DNA from: Phycisphaerae bacterium
Lineage (GTDB): Bacteria; Planctomycetota; Phycisphaerae; Phycisphaerales; SM1A02
DNA length: 64,000 nucleotides
Direction: 5' to 3'
NCBI GenBank assembly: GCA_016873335.1
Contig: VGXN01000002.1
Coordinates: 4,785 to 68,784, forward strand
Below, one piece after another: positions 62,241 through 64,000 of this stretch. The position numbers and the translations under genes are program-made. The first letter of the stretch is position 1. Each line of letters opens with the position of its first letter. The notes under the pieces are model-generated. The model was given only the letters and a program-made list of their open reading frames with translations. It had not been told where the DNA came from and ran no database searches.

Positions 62241-63082
62241 CAGCCCGCAGCGCCTGCCCCCCGAAAGCACGAGGCGTGCACAAGGTCCGCGCCCGCCGCG
62301 AGCGCCCACCAACCGCAGTATCCCCACCACGTCAGCGGCACGCCTGCAACCGGTCGCTGCAGCAGCGCGATGTCGGCCGCGCGCCAGATCGCGCTCGGCG
62401 TTCCACAGGTCTCCGACACGATCAACCGATCCTCCATGCGCAAGCGACGTGCATGCCGCTGCGTCTCGGTCACCCAACGCGCCGATGCCGGCACCATCAG
62501 CACCAGATCGGCACCCGCAAGCACGGCGCGTCCGACCGCTGCGAACGCTTCAGCAGCATCGATCGCACTCGGGCGATCCCCGATGGCGATGATCACTCCC
62601 GTCGACTCGGCAAGTCCGAGATCTTCGCGAACAGACGCACGAACATCCGTACCGTCCGCACGCGCCTGGTCGGTACAGCGAGCGAACAGCGATGCCGCCG
62701 ACTCACTGCACCGAAGCGCGAAACCAACGGCGGGCTGTGCAGACACGGCACATGCAACCTCGCCAAGCGCACGGCGCACCAGTGGAGCCACCGCGGGTCC
62801 GTGGCAGTGCACTTCACGCGGCAGCACACCACGCGAGCGCACCCAGTCGCGCAAGCGACGCGCAGCAAGCGATGCAATCCCCAGCGGAGGAACGATCACG
62901 CGCGGCACACATCCACGCACAAGTGACGCGACGGGGGCTCGACCCTCGGCACCGATCAGCACGCATGGCTCCGCATCGGCAGGCAGCGCAGCCGCTGCAC
63001 TCCAGCCCACGGGCGCCGTCGTCTGCACCACATGCAGCACGCCGCTGCGCGGCAAGTGCGCCAGCGACCCCGCACCCATCAC
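62165..63082 (-). CDS. Hypothetical protein (305 aa)
   Basis: The ORF is translationally coupled (ATGA at 63079-63082) to the upstream lipoprotein gene. I recognise no confident motif. The 3' end overlaps the convergent amidohydrolase gene by 76 nt. Confidence 0.45.
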   Translation of the reverse strand: MMGAGSLAHLPRSGVLHVVQTTAPVGWSAAAALPADAEPCVLIGAEGRAPVASLVRGCVPRVIVPPLGIASLAARRLRDWVRSRGVLPREVHCHGPAVAPLVRRALGEVACAVSAQPAVGFALRCSESAASLFARCTDQARADGTDVRASVREDLGLAESTGVIIAIGDRPSAIDAAEAFAAVGRAVLAGADLVLMVPASARWVTETQRHARRLRMEDRLIVSETCGTPSAIWRAADIALLQRPVAGVPLTWWGYCGWWALAAGADLVHASCFRGAGAAGCYAPDDRLALVRWLVAWSDSRCAVG

Positions 63083-63741
63083 TTCTTCACGCCCAGCCGT
63101 CCACCGAGTTCGCGGCGCGGATGCTCGTAAAACAGCTTGGCCACATCCTCACCAATCTGTGCGGCGAGTTTGTCCTCGACCTCGCGTCGACCCGCGCTCG
63201 TTTCGAGCAGTGATGGATTGATGTCGAGCAGATCGCTCTGCACCGCTTGAGTGCCCACCGTTGGCCAGAGGCGCTTTCCATTCGCCGCATCAACCACCTT
63301 CACCAACACAACCGCCTCGGGGCCACCTTCCTTGCGACCGCCGGCGAGCACGAACTCGTCGATCTCCACATAGATGACCTGCTCCGCGCCAAGCGACTCG
63401 CCAATGCGCTGAATGGACACGGGCTTCGATGCGGTATCGAGCCTGCGAGCAAGCGCCACCGAATCGCGCGTCGAGATCACTTCAGGCACCACATCGTTCT
63501 CAAGGAGTTCCGTGCCCGCCGCATCGCCGATCTCCACACGCAGCGCGACACGGGACATGCGGTTCTGCTTGTCATCCACGATCACGATCGTCTTGCGCGG
63601 CTGCAGTGCGTACGCCGCGGGCTCCTTCGGCGGACCCTGCAGGATGTAGTTGGCTGGGATGATGTAGTTGCAGCCCGCCACGACAGTCGCCGCACACAGC
63701 AGCGCGCACGCACAGCGAATGGAAGCGGAGGTGGTGTTCAT
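63079..63741 (-). CDS. Hypothetical lipoprotein
   Basis: MNTTSASIRCACALLCAATVVAGCNY has a signal peptide with lipobox VAGC. The start overlaps the upstream stop (ATGA at 63738-63741). Confidence 0.6.
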   Translation of the reverse strand: MNTTSASIRCACALLCAATVVAGCNYIIPANYILQGPPKEPAAYALQPRKTIVIVDDKQNRMSRVALRVEIGDAAGTELLENDVVPEVISTRDSVALARRLDTASKPVSIQRIGESLGAEQVIYVEIDEFVLAGGRKEGGPEAVVLVKVVDAANGKRLWPTVGTQAVQSDLLDINPSLLETSAGRREVEDKLAAQIGEDVAKLFYEHPRRELGGRLGVKK

Positions 63742-64000
63742 TTGCGTTTGATCCCTCGGTCGGGGTACTTGTCCTCGATATGGTCGTAGAACAGGTACGC
63801 CACCATATCGACGAATGTCTTCTGCAGACCGATCTCGATCTCGCGTGCGCCCGCTTGCGCCTTGCCGATGCCTTCCATGTCGGGGAACTTCGCGATCACC
63901 TGAAACTCCTCCGCATAGGAATCGGGGTCGATGCCATCGCGCTCGACGATGCCGATGTTCGCGCCAGCCACACCATCCCACAGGAAGCTGTTGCCGAGCG
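63738..64000 (-). CDS. Hypothetical protein, 5'-truncated by window edge
   Basis: The frame is open from the window edge (…LGNSFLWDGVAGANIGIVERDGIDPDSYAEEFQVIAKFPDMEGIGKAQAGAREIEIGLQKTFVDMVAYLFYDHIEDKYPDRGIKRK). The composition is balanced and it is coupled to the next gene. Confidence 0.5.
   Translation of the reverse strand, partial: LGNSFLWDGVAGANIGIVERDGIDPDSYAEEFQVIAKFPDMEGIGKAQAGAREIEIGLQKTFVDMVAYLFYDHIEDKYPDRGIKRK

Overview
This is a GC-rich bacterial chromosomal window that is almost fully coding, with about 65 genes and two tRNAs. I found no rRNA, CRISPR array, transposase or integrase. The gene content (a DUF1573 secreted protein, an orphan mraZ, csrA, many weak-SD starts) fits a Planctomycetota-like organism, but that is only an inference.

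Gene content in order:
- moaE, then a periplasmic nitrate reductase locus. napD-napA-napB(tandem)-napF is read divergently from a tightly overlapped 7-gene operon: tetrahaem cytochrome c, NrfC-like FeS protein, NrfD-like membrane protein, an unknown, a CMD-family protein, moaA and a TSUP permease.
- tRNA-Asn, rpmE, prfA, efp, glyA, ogt.
- A ugd gene interrupted by a mini-intein, then an HU-like protein.
- A murQ / DPP-IV / pfkB operon, hutH-hutU, tsaC(sua5), a TolC-like protein, tRNA-Ala, rsmE-rsmJ, cystathionine beta-synthase, rplI.
- A mfd-comEA operon, purC, folD, hutG, folE.
- A dapF-to-ureohydrolase string that includes astA and astD.
- csrA, mraZ and several unknowns.

Most notable observations:
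1. A 205-aa mini-intein sits exactly at the catalytic Cys of UDP-glucose 6-dehydrogenase.
2. An arginine-succinyltransferase-type cluster has astA and astD but no astB or astE in the window. It carries an arginase-family ureohydrolase and an M20 deacylase instead.
3. The Nap system has no NapC or NapGH in the window. It is paired with a cytochrome c/FeS/NrfD module and has a duplicated (tetrahaem) NapB.
4. A candidate C/U-rich small RNA with its own intrinsic terminator lies upstream of efp.

All calls rest on reading the translations and motifs by eye. No database search was run. Start codons were refined using recurrent ATGA/GTGA stop-start overlaps and visible SD motifs. Many long ORFs in the track are antisense or shadow ORFs typical of GC-rich DNA and were rejected.
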